NCBI GenBank assembly: GCA_020050355.1 | Contig: JAGVKT010000036.1 | Span: forward strand, 1,115 to 65,114 | From: Gammaproteobacteria bacterium | GTDB taxonomy: Bacteria > Pseudomonadota > Gammaproteobacteria > Francisellales > CACEW01 | DNA: 64,000 nucleotides | Reading direction: 5' to 3' | In this document: piece after piece, positions 27,212 to 35,282 of the stretch | Position numbering within the stretch: position 1 is the stretch's first letter | How the letters are laid out: every line of letters starts with the position of its first letter | The notes under the pieces: generated by a model | Told to the model about the DNA's origin: nothing | Seen by the model: the letters and a program-made list of their open reading frames with translations, nothing else | The model's database searches: none | Translations under genes and position numbers: made by a program

Positions 27212-27706
27212 ATGGCAACAACACAATATTTACAATTATTTCCCTATACAGGCCAATATCCAGCGCCAGGTAGCGAATTATATGTAAGCCCTATTTTAGT
27301 AGATTATGATACAGGTGATCTTAGTGGTATTGGGGATATAACTTTAGGAAACGATATTATCGGTACTACTGGTTTATCATTAATAAGCTCAGCTGGGAAC
27401 ATTACTCTTACCCCATTTACCGGTATTGTAGATTTTAATAATTCCTCAATCATTGATTTAACAAAATTATCTATTGTGACGGGTGCAAATGCTTCTATCG
27501 GCACTACAGCTGCAATGACAGCCGGTACAATTACAGTAAGCACTAACCAAGTAACAGCAAGTTCTAAGATTTTCTTGGTACATGCTGTTCCTGGCGGTAC
27601 TTTAGGTGCTTTATCTTATGGAACTATTGTAGCTGGAACAAGCTTTGTTATTACTTCCAGTTCAAATACTGACACATCAACCGTTACTTATTTGATTATT
27701 AACTAA
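27212..27706 (+). CDS. Fibre-like / receptor-binding candidate (164 aa), short paralog of 26160-27176
   Basis: Shared block GANA..GT....AGT.TVST..VTA.SKI.L...........G.....AG.SFVI.S....D.STVT. Confidence 0.5.
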   Translation: MATTQYLQLFPYTGQYPAPGSELYVSPILVDYDTGDLSGIGDITLGNDIIGTTGLSLISSAGNITLTPFTGIVDFNNSSIIDLTKLSIVTGANASIGTTAAMTAGTITVSTNQVTASSKIFLVHAVPGGTLGALSYGTIVAGTSFVITSSSNTDTSTVTYLIIN

Positions 27707-27707
27707 T

Positions 27708-28118
27708 ATGTTTAACGGTATTGCCGGCGTATTATCAACGATAGGATCGGTATTGGGTGTGAACTCAATAGCGGATGCTGCGGAGAAATTAAAAAATAAT
27801 GATATTACGCCCGAGCAATCCATTGAGCTTGCTAAAATTAATATACAGTCACAAGCGCTTGATAATGAAGATAAAAAAGATTTGAGGGCTAGTAATAATA
27901 CACCTATAAATCGTCTTAATTTCACAATTGCTAACGTTTCTGCAAATGTGATGCCTATTTTATTGATTTTAGCTGGTGCTTTTGGCCATATCCAGGAGGA
28001 GATAAGAGGAATGTTAGTAGCCGCAGGGACTGGTATTTTAAGTTTATATTATGGTTATTGGTTAGGATCGAGTATAGGCAGTCATTTAAAGGACCACTGG
28101 CGACCGAATGATTCATAA
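27708..28118 (+). CDS. Holin-like membrane protein (candidate, 3TM-holin-like layout)
   Basis: Last gene of the late operon. N-terminal amphipathic/coiled region (ADAAEKLKNNDITPEQSIELAKINIQSQ), then hydrophobic segments VMPILLILAGAF and VAAGTGILSLYYGYWLG. Confidence 0.4.
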   Translation: MFNGIAGVLSTIGSVLGVNSIADAAEKLKNNDITPEQSIELAKINIQSQALDNEDKKDLRASNNTPINRLNFTIANVSANVMPILLILAGAFGHIQEEIRGMLVAAGTGILSLYYGYWLGSSIGSHLKDHWRPNDS

Positions 28119-29244
28119 TAGCTTGTTGAGCACTATGCATAGCTGCTCTAATAGGATCAATAGATAAACGCGCATAGATTTGCGTTGCTTGCATGCTTTT
28201 ATGATTAAGACTTTTACCGATTACAGCTAGGCTCACACCATTGATCGCTTGCCATGACCCTAAAGTACGACGTAAATCATGCATGCGCAAATCAGGTAAT
28301 TTTGATATTTTACGCAGCAGGCTCCAGTGTTTTTTAGCTTCTTCTAAGTGCCCAGATGTACTCGTATCAGAAGGAAATACCCATATCTTATCATCTCCCT
28401 TACGCTCTTTAAGCATTTCTAAAACTGCATCTGATAATGGAATAAGTTGAGAAGTACCGTTTTTTGTTTCAGATAAAGACCATGTTTTATGAGCAAAATT
28501 TATATCTTGCCAACGCATAGCTTTTACGTTTGCGCTACGAGCACCTGTGAATAATAATACCAAGAAATAGGTTTTATATTTTGGTTTTAAAAAATCGAGT
28601 GCCTTAAAGAAATTAGGTATTTCATCTTTTAATAGAAAACGTTCACGTGATTTTTCTTTAAAGCGTTTAATATTCTTACAGGGATTTTCTTTTATATATT
28701 CCCATTCAATAGCTTTATTAAAGATGATGCTCAAAAGTGATAGTATCCTATTAGCGCGTATAGGTGCAGTTTGACCAATCTCAGAATGTAGTTTTAGAAT
28801 ATCTTGACGATTAATTTGGCCTAATGGTTTTTTTGCAATAAAGGAGTTTTTTATTCTTCCATCAAATGAACTCCTGTCATCTCTTTCTGCTTTTTTGTGT
28901 TTCTTATTCCAGCGCTCCATGTAGATGGGGAAGAATTCGATTAAAGTGATTTTATAACGTTCTTGTTCTTTTGGATGCAAGCCACGGGCGATATCACCAC
29001 CGATGATCCTAGCGCGTTCTCTCACCCATTCTATAGATAGCGCTGGATAGTTACCAATATAAATACGATCTGGTTTTTTATGGCCTTTACGCCATTTATA
29101 ATAATTAAAAGTTTTTATACCATTTTGAGTAATGCGTAGTTCTAATTCGGGTACTTTGATATCATAATAATGTGCACGCCCATTTTCGGGTATAGGTAGT
29201 TTTTCTATAGCTGCCTGAGTAAAATTGAATTGGTTTTTCTTCAT
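27955..29244 (-). CDS. int: Tyrosine integrase, P4-type (N-terminal arm-binding domain plus catalytic core)
   Basis: N-terminal FTQAAIEKLPIPENGRAHYYD...LELRITQNGIKTF; catalytic R in TGARSANV, HDLRRT, LNH...ATQIYARL; adjacent to the tRNA-derived att site. Confidence 0.9.
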   Translation of the reverse strand: MKKNQFNFTQAAIEKLPIPENGRAHYYDIKVPELELRITQNGIKTFNYYKWRKGHKKPDRIYIGNYPALSIEWVRERARIIGGDIARGLHPKEQERYKITLIEFFPIYMERWNKKHKKAERDDRSSFDGRIKNSFIAKKPLGQINRQDILKLHSEIGQTAPIRANRILSLLSIIFNKAIEWEYIKENPCKNIKRFKEKSRERFLLKDEIPNFFKALDFLKPKYKTYFLVLLFTGARSANVKAMRWQDINFAHKTWSLSETKNGTSQLIPLSDAVLEMLKERKGDDKIWVFPSDTSTSGHLEEAKKHWSLLRKISKLPDLRMHDLRRTLGSWQAINGVSLAVIGKSLNHKSMQATQIYARLSIDPIRAAMHSAQQAIMNHSVASGPLNDCLYSILTNNHNINLKYQSLRLLTFLLSPPGYGQKHQLKSIK

Positions 29245-29386
29245 GTTCGGGTATAGTTCGGGAATAGTTTTGATAGTAACATTTAAAGATATTGGAAGAT
29301 ATTAACAGACATACAATAAGCATTAACGTTTTGAAAAGACTGAAAAAAAAGATATTAAAAGATAAATATATATTTATAATTTAAAA

Positions 29387-29433
29387 GATTTGTAATCAGT
29401 AGGTCGTGAGTTCGAATCCCACTGTCAGCACCA
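29387..29433 (+). other. attR: 3' fragment of tRNA-Thr(UGU), from anticodon loop through the CCA end, without a 5' half
   Basis: GATTTGTAATCAGTAGGTCGTGAGTTCGAATCCCACTGTCAGCACCA. It shows an anticodon loop TTTGTAA, a T-loop TTCGAAT and the acceptor 3' strand TGTCAGC-A-CCA. The upstream sequence is AT-rich and cannot form the D-arm or acceptor stem. Confidence 0.75.
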
Positions 29434-29444
29434 ATTTTGCAAAA

Positions 29445-30431
29445 TTAAAGTCTTAAATCAGGCATGGCGCATTTTGTTGGAATGTGTCTTTTAAATACCG
29501 TAAGCTCCACCGATGCTCCTATCACCGTTTTTATAATCTCAGGGGAAGATGGAGGCGGCAGCAAATCTGTTAAGCTAGAGTTAATAAGTTTACGCATGTT
29601 CGTAGGATTGCGGCGATAGAGCTCGATTATTTTATTGCGTAATTCATGATAATTAGCCGAAAAAAACCCTGGCCGAATACTGCTGCATGGTAAGTAAGTA
29701 TTAGCTTGCATCGCTTCTAGTAGCTGATGAAAATCATCAATGCGTAATTGCGCATCTTTTTGTTTATGTGCAAGTTTGTCGGACAAATAAATATACATGG
29801 CAAATAAACTGATTTTCATTTTGCCAATGTCATAATCGTGCGTCTTATGGGGATCTGCAAATTGAGCCAGAAAGACAGCTTTAAAGTTTTTAAAATTTAA
29901 AATAACTTGGCATTTTTGTAAAAAATATAAAATTTCTTTAGTTGAACGGATTCTAAAAAGCAGGTTTAATGGCGCCGTATAAAATGAGCTGCTTGCATCA
30001 GACGATTTAAAAGCAGTCAACGCGGTCAAGCCGCTAAGGCTAAACTGTTCAGGGCATCGTTTTAAGAAATCTTGGAAATCTTCGGGGGCAAGACGATAGA
30101 TGCTGGTATATAAAGCAGATGGTCTAGAAGCAAAACGTTTTTCTAGGAGCGCGCTAGAGAATTTTTTTGGGCAGTAGCTAAGAAAAATTTTGAGATCCTG
30201 ATCTTTTAATACATTTAAAGCATAAGCAAGCACAGTGACTCCAGGAGTATCGGCATGTTCTTGATCAATCTCTAAACTCAAAATCTCTTCATTTAAAGTG
30301 GGGTGAGTTTTTAAAAATAATGAAAGTGCAATTCCTCTTAATGACATTAAGGCTACTTCTAAATGGATAGGCATAATGGGTTTGCTTTTTTCATCGGTTG
30401 GTAGGCTCGTATATAGTGCGGCGCTCATCAT
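29445..30431 (-). CDS. Orphan helical repeat protein (328 aa), unknown function
   Basis: ATG at 30431 sits behind a GGAG RBS; the track start at 30476 is less likely. Four degenerate repeats of about 40 aa around FL.xCPxxF (FLKTHPTL, FLSYCPKKF, FLKRCPEQF, FLQKCQVIL). Confidence 0.55.
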   Translation of the reverse strand: MMSAALYTSLPTDEKSKPIMPIHLEVALMSLRGIALSLFLKTHPTLNEEILSLEIDQEHADTPGVTVLAYALNVLKDQDLKIFLSYCPKKFSSALLEKRFASRPSALYTSIYRLAPEDFQDFLKRCPEQFSLSGLTALTAFKSSDASSSFYTAPLNLLFRIRSTKEILYFLQKCQVILNFKNFKAVFLAQFADPHKTHDYDIGKMKISLFAMYIYLSDKLAHKQKDAQLRIDDFHQLLEAMQANTYLPCSSIRPGFFSANYHELRNKIIELYRRNPTNMRKLINSSLTDLLPPPSSPEIIKTVIGASVELTVFKRHIPTKCAMPDLRL

Positions 30432-30566
30432 AATTTTCTCCTTGTCTTTTTTAAGTACTGTATAATAAATATACACAAAGTAAGTTCAAAAAACAAGCAT
30501 AATTTTTTAAAACGTTAAAAAGGGCATGAATTATAATTTGGAGTAGAGATATAAAAGATATGGGAT

Positions 30567-31382
30567 TTAATCGATGAGTGTTGCTATCTTAAGCATGGGT
30601 TCAAAATCTTGCTGATCTTCAAGGCACCAAGCTACAGCGAGCAGAGCATGCACAAAGCTCCAAGCACGCAAGCGTTCAACATCAAGGTTAAGTAATTCAG
30701 CAAATAATGTTAAGCGCTGGCGAATTAAATCGCGCGCCTGAGTAAAGGTGAAAATTTCCGGAATAGGATTACGTATAAACGCTGCTGGTTCAAAAGCTGG
30801 ATCACCCATAATGCCGTGAGGATCAATAGCAAGATAAGCCTCGCGATCACTGGATAAAATATTTTGATGATGTAAGTCTGCATGTAATAAAACTTCATAT
30901 GTTGTTGAATTTAAAAGTTCACGCGCAAGGCTCTGTGCTTTATCCAGCTGTTTTTTAGGTAGTACTCGGTTACGTTCATGAGTAAAAATTTGTATCCAAT
31001 CTTTTAATTTAGGAAAGCTATGAGCATCGATCTCATTGAGACTTGACGCATGTATGCGTTTAATAACCTGAGCTGCAATAGCCACTGCGTTCGCATCATC
31101 TTCAGGAAAAAATGTTTTTAAACTTACCCCTGGCGTAACATGCTCCATCAAAATGGCTAAAGCAGGGGCATCAGTAGCAAAAAGTGTTACACATCCTTGC
31201 CCTCGGTAATGTCGTAGCGTCAAAGTTTCATGTTGAAATTCAGCAGTGCTGCGAGCAAATTTTAAAACAACATCACGCTGGCTTTTGTTTTGATAAGCTT
31301 TAAATACATGCGGTCCACAAGGCAGGGGTTGTAAATTTTCTAAGCCCCAAAGCCTAGAGAGGGATAATAATTTTTCGTTCAT
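30567..31382 (-). CDS. Aminoglycoside phosphotransferase-fold kinase, APH(6)/StrB-like
   Basis: Catalytic loop LHADLHHQNIL, then IDPHGIMGDPAFE, and a C-terminal ALLAVAWCLED resembling the APH(6) family. Confidence 0.65.
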   Translation of the reverse strand: MNEKLLSLSRLWGLENLQPLPCGPHVFKAYQNKSQRDVVLKFARSTAEFQHETLTLRHYRGQGCVTLFATDAPALAILMEHVTPGVSLKTFFPEDDANAVAIAAQVIKRIHASSLNEIDAHSFPKLKDWIQIFTHERNRVLPKKQLDKAQSLARELLNSTTYEVLLHADLHHQNILSSDREAYLAIDPHGIMGDPAFEPAAFIRNPIPEIFTFTQARDLIRQRLTLFAELLNLDVERLRAWSFVHALLAVAWCLEDQQDFEPMLKIATLID

Positions 31383-31406
31383 AAAGCTATATCTTTTTTT
31401 ATTATT

Positions 31407-31483
31407 TGGTGCACCCGGGCAGATTCGAACTGCCGACCAACGGTTTCGGAAACCGCTACTCTATCCAGCTGAGCTACGGGTGC
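31407..31483 (-). tRNA. tRNA-Arg(CCG)
   Basis: The hand-folded cloverleaf is GCACCCG-TA-GCTC-AGCTGGATA-GAGT-A-GCGGT-TTCCGAA-ACCGT-TGGTC-GGCAG-TTCGAAT-CTGCC-CGGGTGC-A-CCA. Confidence 0.9.
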
Positions 31484-31582
31484 GAGGAAGTCAACTTTAA
31501 CATAAGGACACCTCGAAGAATAGTAGGCTTGTATTAAGAACGCCAGTAGATGATAATAAACCTTTTGGTAAAGCAAAATAAT

Positions 31583-32212
31583 ATGTCTGTAGAAGTAGCC
31601 AAGAGCAATGCTGCAAAAAAGGCTCTTGAGTTCATTAAGCCCGGCTGTATATTAGGAGTAGGAACGGGTTCAACAGTAAATTACTTTATTGATTTTTTAA
31701 AAGCTCTAAAAAATAAAATAGAGATATGCGTTTCAAGCTCACAGCAAACTACGCAACGTCTGCGTGCTTTAGGATTTACAGTCACCGATTTAAATCAGGT
31801 TTCCGCGCTTGATCTTTATGTAGATGGTGCCGATGAGGTGGATCCACATAAAAATTTAATTAAAGGCGGTGGCGGTGCGCATACACTCGAAAAGCTTTTG
31901 GCAGTGAATAGTAAAAAATTTATATGTATTGTTGATGCTTCTAAAACAGTAGAATTTTTAGGACGCTTTCCGGTTCCTGTAGAAGTATTGCCGGCAGCAC
32001 GAAGCTACGTTGCACGGGAGCTTATTAAATTAAAAGCACAACCCATCTATCGTGAAAATTTTATTACGGATTCAGGAAATATTATTTTAGATTGTGTTCA
32101 TTTACCACTTGAGCATCCTGTGGCTATGGAGAATCAAATTAAAAATATTACAGGCGTGATAGAAGTAGGTATTTTTGCGAAATGCAAACCTAATGAAGTC
32201 ATTATTGGTTAA
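31583..32212 (+). CDS. rpiA: Ribose-5-phosphate isomerase A
   Basis: GVGTGST, DGADEVD, KGGGGAHTLEK. The ATG at 31583 is preferred over the track start at 31550. Confidence 0.9.
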   Translation: MSVEVAKSNAAKKALEFIKPGCILGVGTGSTVNYFIDFLKALKNKIEICVSSSQQTTQRLRALGFTVTDLNQVSALDLYVDGADEVDPHKNLIKGGGGAHTLEKLLAVNSKKFICIVDASKTVEFLGRFPVPVEVLPAARSYVARELIKLKAQPIYRENFITDSGNIILDCVHLPLEHPVAMENQIKNITGVIEVGIFAKCKPNEVIIG

Positions 32213-32280
32213 ATAAAATTAGCTAAAAAAATTTAATATTATTAAAAAATTAATTTTTTAAACATAACAAGGAGAAAGAC

Positions 32281-32604
32281 ATGGCAGCAGCAGCGAGACC
32301 AGCAAGAAGAGCAACAGGATCAGTGCCAAACCCTTACGTAACCTTTTTAGTCAGAGCAGGCGGTGCTCTTTTAGGGGGTGCAGCAGGCGTAGCATATGGA
32401 TTATGGCTTGCGGGCCCGGGGCTTAGAGGTGAGCCTCTAGGCGAAAATCTTCGCACAGTACCAGCGGCAAGCACCGTCGCTGCAATAGGTGCAGAAACTG
32501 CAATATTAGGTGCCGTTGCTGCTGGTTCAGCACTCAGCTGGATTCGAGGTTTGTATCAAATAAACGGTCCCGACGAGTTGGCAGATGGTTACAGTCAGCT
32601 TTAA
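32281..32604 (+). CDS. Small Ala/Gly-rich membrane protein (107 aa), compositionally GC-rich
   Basis: AAGGAGA RBS. Gly-zipper-like hydrophobic stretches (GGALLGGAAGVAYGLWLAG; AIGAETAILGAVAAGSAL). Followed by a strong terminator. Confidence 0.55.
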   Translation: MAAAARPARRATGSVPNPYVTFLVRAGGALLGGAAGVAYGLWLAGPGLRGEPLGENLRTVPAASTVAAIGAETAILGAVAAGSALSWIRGLYQINGPDELADGYSQL

Positions 32605-32622
32605 TTTAAAAGAGTTACACAT

Positions 32623-32652
32623 AAAAAAGCATGGTCATATCCATGCTTTTTT
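32623..32652. terminator. Bidirectional rho-independent terminator
   Basis: Perfect hairpin AAAAAGCATGG-TCATAT-CCATGCTTTTT, flanked by A and T runs, between convergent genes. Confidence 0.8.
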
Positions 32653-33115
32653 ATGTTAATAACAGCGACATGATCAGCGCATCTTCTCGTTGATCGGTAT
32701 CCGCAAGGGGATAATAATTCTTACGAACACTAAGCGATGTAAACTGGCAGCGTTCATAAAGTTTAATCGCAGCGTGATTGCTCGCTCTAACTTCTAAAAA
32801 TAATTTTTGGATATTTTTTTGAGCGAATAAAGCAATGGCATGTTCTAATAAGCACAAGCCATAACCTTGTCTAATAAAGTCTACATGCGTGGCAATTAAT
32901 AAAAGCTCAGCTTCATCCAAAGCGACATTAAATATACTAAAGGCCACTAAGCGACTATCAGTAAATAAACCCAAAGCAATGGTATGCGGTTGAAGCAGGC
33001 CTTCTTGGAGCTGCGTTGAGCTCCAAGGTAATTCAGGGTAATCCTTGCAAATATCAAGAATACCGCTTAAGTTGGCAGCGTTAAGAATTTTGATCTTTAA
33101 GGGCTTTGATATCAT
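32651..33115 (-). CDS. rimI: Ribosomal-protein-S18-alanine N-acetyltransferase
   Basis: GNAT motif RQGYGLCLLEH, LEVRASNHAAIKLYE, RKNYYP. Start taken at MISKPLKIKIL by alignment with E. coli RimI. Confidence 0.8.
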   Translation of the reverse strand: MISKPLKIKILNAANLSGILDICKDYPELPWSSTQLQEGLLQPHTIALGLFTDSRLVAFSIFNVALDEAELLLIATHVDFIRQGYGLCLLEHAIALFAQKNIQKLFLEVRASNHAAIKLYERCQFTSLSVRKNYYPLADTDQREDALIMSLLLT

Positions 33116-33458
33116 ACATAACCTGACGTTTACAAGAAGGATCTTTAAGCATTGCATCAATAGAAAGTGTGATGTAAGGGGCATTAGGACTAGAGAGTGA
33201 AGGCAGAGTTTCAACACCAAAGCTTAAAATAATCGCTGCTGCTTCAGTGGTTAAAGCGCTGTCTTGATAAATTAATTGGTAATTTTTTAAGTTTAAATAA
33301 TCTAAAATTTTTGATAATTGTGCTTGGTGTGCTTCAGTAAATTCAGCTTTAGTCTCAGCGAGAAAAATTAAATTTTGCACTGGCAATGTAAGCGTAGTGC
33401 GCTCAACCCACAGCGGAAGATCTAATAAATTAAGCGTGTGTTTTAGCGTGGGGGTCAT
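33081..33458 (-). CDS. holD: DNA polymerase III psi subunit (candidate)
   Basis: Sits upstream of rimI and overlaps it, as in E. coli holD-rimI. Weak by-eye similarity (LNLLDLPLW vs LQQLGITQW). Confidence 0.5.
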   Translation of the reverse strand: MTPTLKHTLNLLDLPLWVERTTLTLPVQNLIFLAETKAEFTEAHQAQLSKILDYLNLKNYQLIYQDSALTTEAAAIILSFGVETLPSLSSPNAPYITLSIDAMLKDPSCKRQVMYDIKALKDQNS

Positions 33459-34221
33459 GCTTACGCCTTATACGCACAAGGGCAAAAATAGGACCAGAAA
33501 TTAAATAAAGTGCAAATACACTAAAGAGCATTTCAGCTGGGCGCCACCAAATACCAACTAAAATTAATACCAATAAGACCATATAAGTAAAGCGAATATT
33601 AATGCGTGGATCAATATCTTTAAAACTACGAAAACGAATATTGCTGACCATCAAAAAAGAGGCAACCAGCATGACGCTGACTACTGCGATACTGTAAGTG
33701 ATATTTTGGTAACCATGAACACTGCAAACCCAAATCATACTCGCCATTAAAGCAGCACCCGCAGGACAAGGCATGCCATGAAAATAACGTTTTGCTTTGC
33801 GGCTTTCATGCACAGAATCAAGTTGCACATTAAACCGTGCTAGACGTAAAGCAACAGCAGCTAAAAAAATAAAAGCAGACAACCACGCCAATTTTGAAAA
33901 ACCAAGCGGGTTCAAGAACAGCTCATTAAAATTATAAGCCAATAAAGGCGGTGCGATACCAAAAGACAGTAAGTCCGAAAGGCTATCATATTGAGCACCA
34001 AAAGCGCTTTGAGCATTAAGTAGACGCGCCACTCGGCCATCTAAGCCATCAAGAATGAGCGCAATAAAAATAGCAATAGCAGCCGAAACAAAATCTTGGT
34101 TCAAGCTACTAATGATAGAGTAAAAACCTGCAAACAAACTGCCGGTGGTTAATAAGTTAGGCAATAGATAAATTGTCTTGCGTCGATTGCCTGTAGGTTC
34201 CATAACGTCCGCGGCTTCCAT
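33430..34221 (-). CDS. pssA: CDP-diacylglycerol--serine O-phosphatidyltransferase
   Basis: CDP-alcohol phosphatidyltransferase motif DGRVAR-x8-G-x3-D-x3-D; multiple TM segments. Confidence 0.85.
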   Translation of the reverse strand: MEAADVMEPTGNRRKTIYLLPNLLTTGSLFAGFYSIISSLNQDFVSAAIAIFIALILDGLDGRVARLLNAQSAFGAQYDSLSDLLSFGIAPPLLAYNFNELFLNPLGFSKLAWLSAFIFLAAVALRLARFNVQLDSVHESRKAKRYFHGMPCPAGAALMASMIWVCSVHGYQNITYSIAVVSVMLVASFLMVSNIRFRSFKDIDPRINIRFTYMVLLVLILVGIWWRPAEMLFSVFALYLISGPIFALVRIRRKHDPHAKTHA

Positions 34222-34311
34222 CGAGATTCTTAAAAATTGTCCTGGGGCCTATTATGCATTATAATACCCGCCAAATCCAGCGTATGCTGATTTTATAGTA
34301 AAGGACAATCA

Positions 34312-34590
34312 ATGGATGATATTTGTACACGAGATTTTTATATCATAGGCCAAACTAAAACTGGAGAACGCTTTCAGCCCAGTGATTGGGCTGAGCGTAT
34401 TAGCGGTAGTTTATCAACGTTTCGAGGACGGAGGGTAGTTTATTCGCCGTTGTTAATGCCCGTTATAAAGGAGGGTAAAAAATCTTTACGCGTGGCTTCT
34501 GAATTACAAACACAATACCCGGATATTTTTAATGAAATTATCGAGTTCGTTAAAAAAAACAAATTAATAGTTGAGGCTTGTAGCGAGTGA
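34312..34590 (+). CDS. DUF3579-like small protein
   Basis: FQPSDWAERISG...YSPLLMP pattern recalled from the DUF3579 family; 4-nt overlap with ubiG. Confidence 0.45.
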   Translation: MDDICTRDFYIIGQTKTGERFQPSDWAERISGSLSTFRGRRVVYSPLLMPVIKEGKKSLRVASELQTQYPDIFNEIIEFVKKNKLIVEACSE

Positions 34591-35282
34591 ATCATAACCC
34601 ACAAGAGTTAGAATTCTTTGGAAGCCAAGCGCATAATTGGTGGTCAACTCATGAGGGAGCTGCAGCACTACTGCATCAAATTAATCCTGTGCGTCTAAGA
34701 TTTATCACCCAGTTGGTTCATTTAAAAAATTTAAAAATATTAGATGTAGGTTGTGGTGGAGGAATCCTCACTGAAGCTATGGCAAAGCTTGGGGGGGAAG
34801 TCACTGGTTTAGATTTAGCCGAACCCTTAATTAAAGTAGCAATAGAACATGCAGCAGCCGAAAAACTTAAAATCCAATATCATAATACCGCAGTTGAAGT
34901 TTTTGCTGAACAGGCCGAAGAGGCTTATGATGTCATTACTTGCATGGAGATGTTAGAGCACGTGCCAGATCCCAAAAGCATCATTAATGCCATGAGTAAG
35001 ATGTTAAAACCTAAAGGATTTATTTTTTTATCAACGATTGATCGCTCATTAAAAAGTTTTTTAAAAGTTATTATTGGAGCAGAATACCTAGCACGCATGC
35101 TGCCACGTGGCACACATCATTATCAACAATTTATCCGGCCAGCAGAGCTTACAGAAATTTTGCGAGCCTCGGCAATAGAGCCGATAAAATTTGGGGGGTT
35201 AAAATTTAATCCCCTCACTAAAACCTTTAGTTTGATAAATATTCCTGCTGAGAATTATTTAATCGCTGGGCAGAAAATTTAA
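34587..35282 (+). CDS. ubiG: Ubiquinone biosynthesis O-methyltransferase
   Basis: SAM motif LDVGCGGGIL, MEMLEHVPDP, ubiG-like length. Confidence 0.88.
   Translation: MNHNPQELEFFGSQAHNWWSTHEGAAALLHQINPVRLRFITQLVHLKNLKILDVGCGGGILTEAMAKLGGEVTGLDLAEPLIKVAIEHAAAEKLKIQYHNTAVEVFAEQAEEAYDVITCMEMLEHVPDPKSIINAMSKMLKPKGFIFLSTIDRSLKSFLKVIIGAEYLARMLPRGTHHYQQFIRPAELTEILRASAIEPIKFGGLKFNPLTKTFSLINIPAENYLIAGQKI

Larger units (their letters stand above)
1..29433. mobile_element. Prophage (temperate phage genome, right-hand ~29.4 kb; left end outside window)
   Basis: Uninterrupted phage gene order: early-left operon, cI/Cro switch, O-like replication gene with iterons, terS-terL-portal-scaffold-capsid, fibres, holin-like gene, tyrosine integrase, then a 47-nt tRNA-Thr 3' fragment (attR) at 29387-29433. 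Housekeeping genes follow. Confidence 0.88.

Noticed and set aside
25585-27543. Long minus-strand ORFs inside the fibre genes (25585-25860, 26462-26689, 26717-27007, 27304-27543)
   Set aside because: They lie antisense to Ala/Thr/Gly/Ser-rich coding sequence whose codons rarely give stops on the opposite strand. They have no RBS and junk-like composition, so they are shadow ORFs.
22848-27706. Diversity-generating retroelement acting on the fibre genes
   Set aside because: There is no reverse transcriptase ORF anywhere in the window. I could find no template/variable repeat pair with adenine-specific differences. The repeats present are diverged protein-level modules.
29358-29433. Complete tRNA-Thr gene
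   Set aside because: Only the 3' 47 nt fold as tRNA. The 29 nt upstream are AT-rich (AAAAGATAAATATATATTTATAATTTAAAA) and cannot form the acceptor or D arms, so it is an att-site fragment.
31379-31576. 65-aa ORF on the minus strand
   Set aside because: It is almost entirely made of the tRNA-Arg(CCG) gene (31407-31483) and its flanks, so it is not a CDS.
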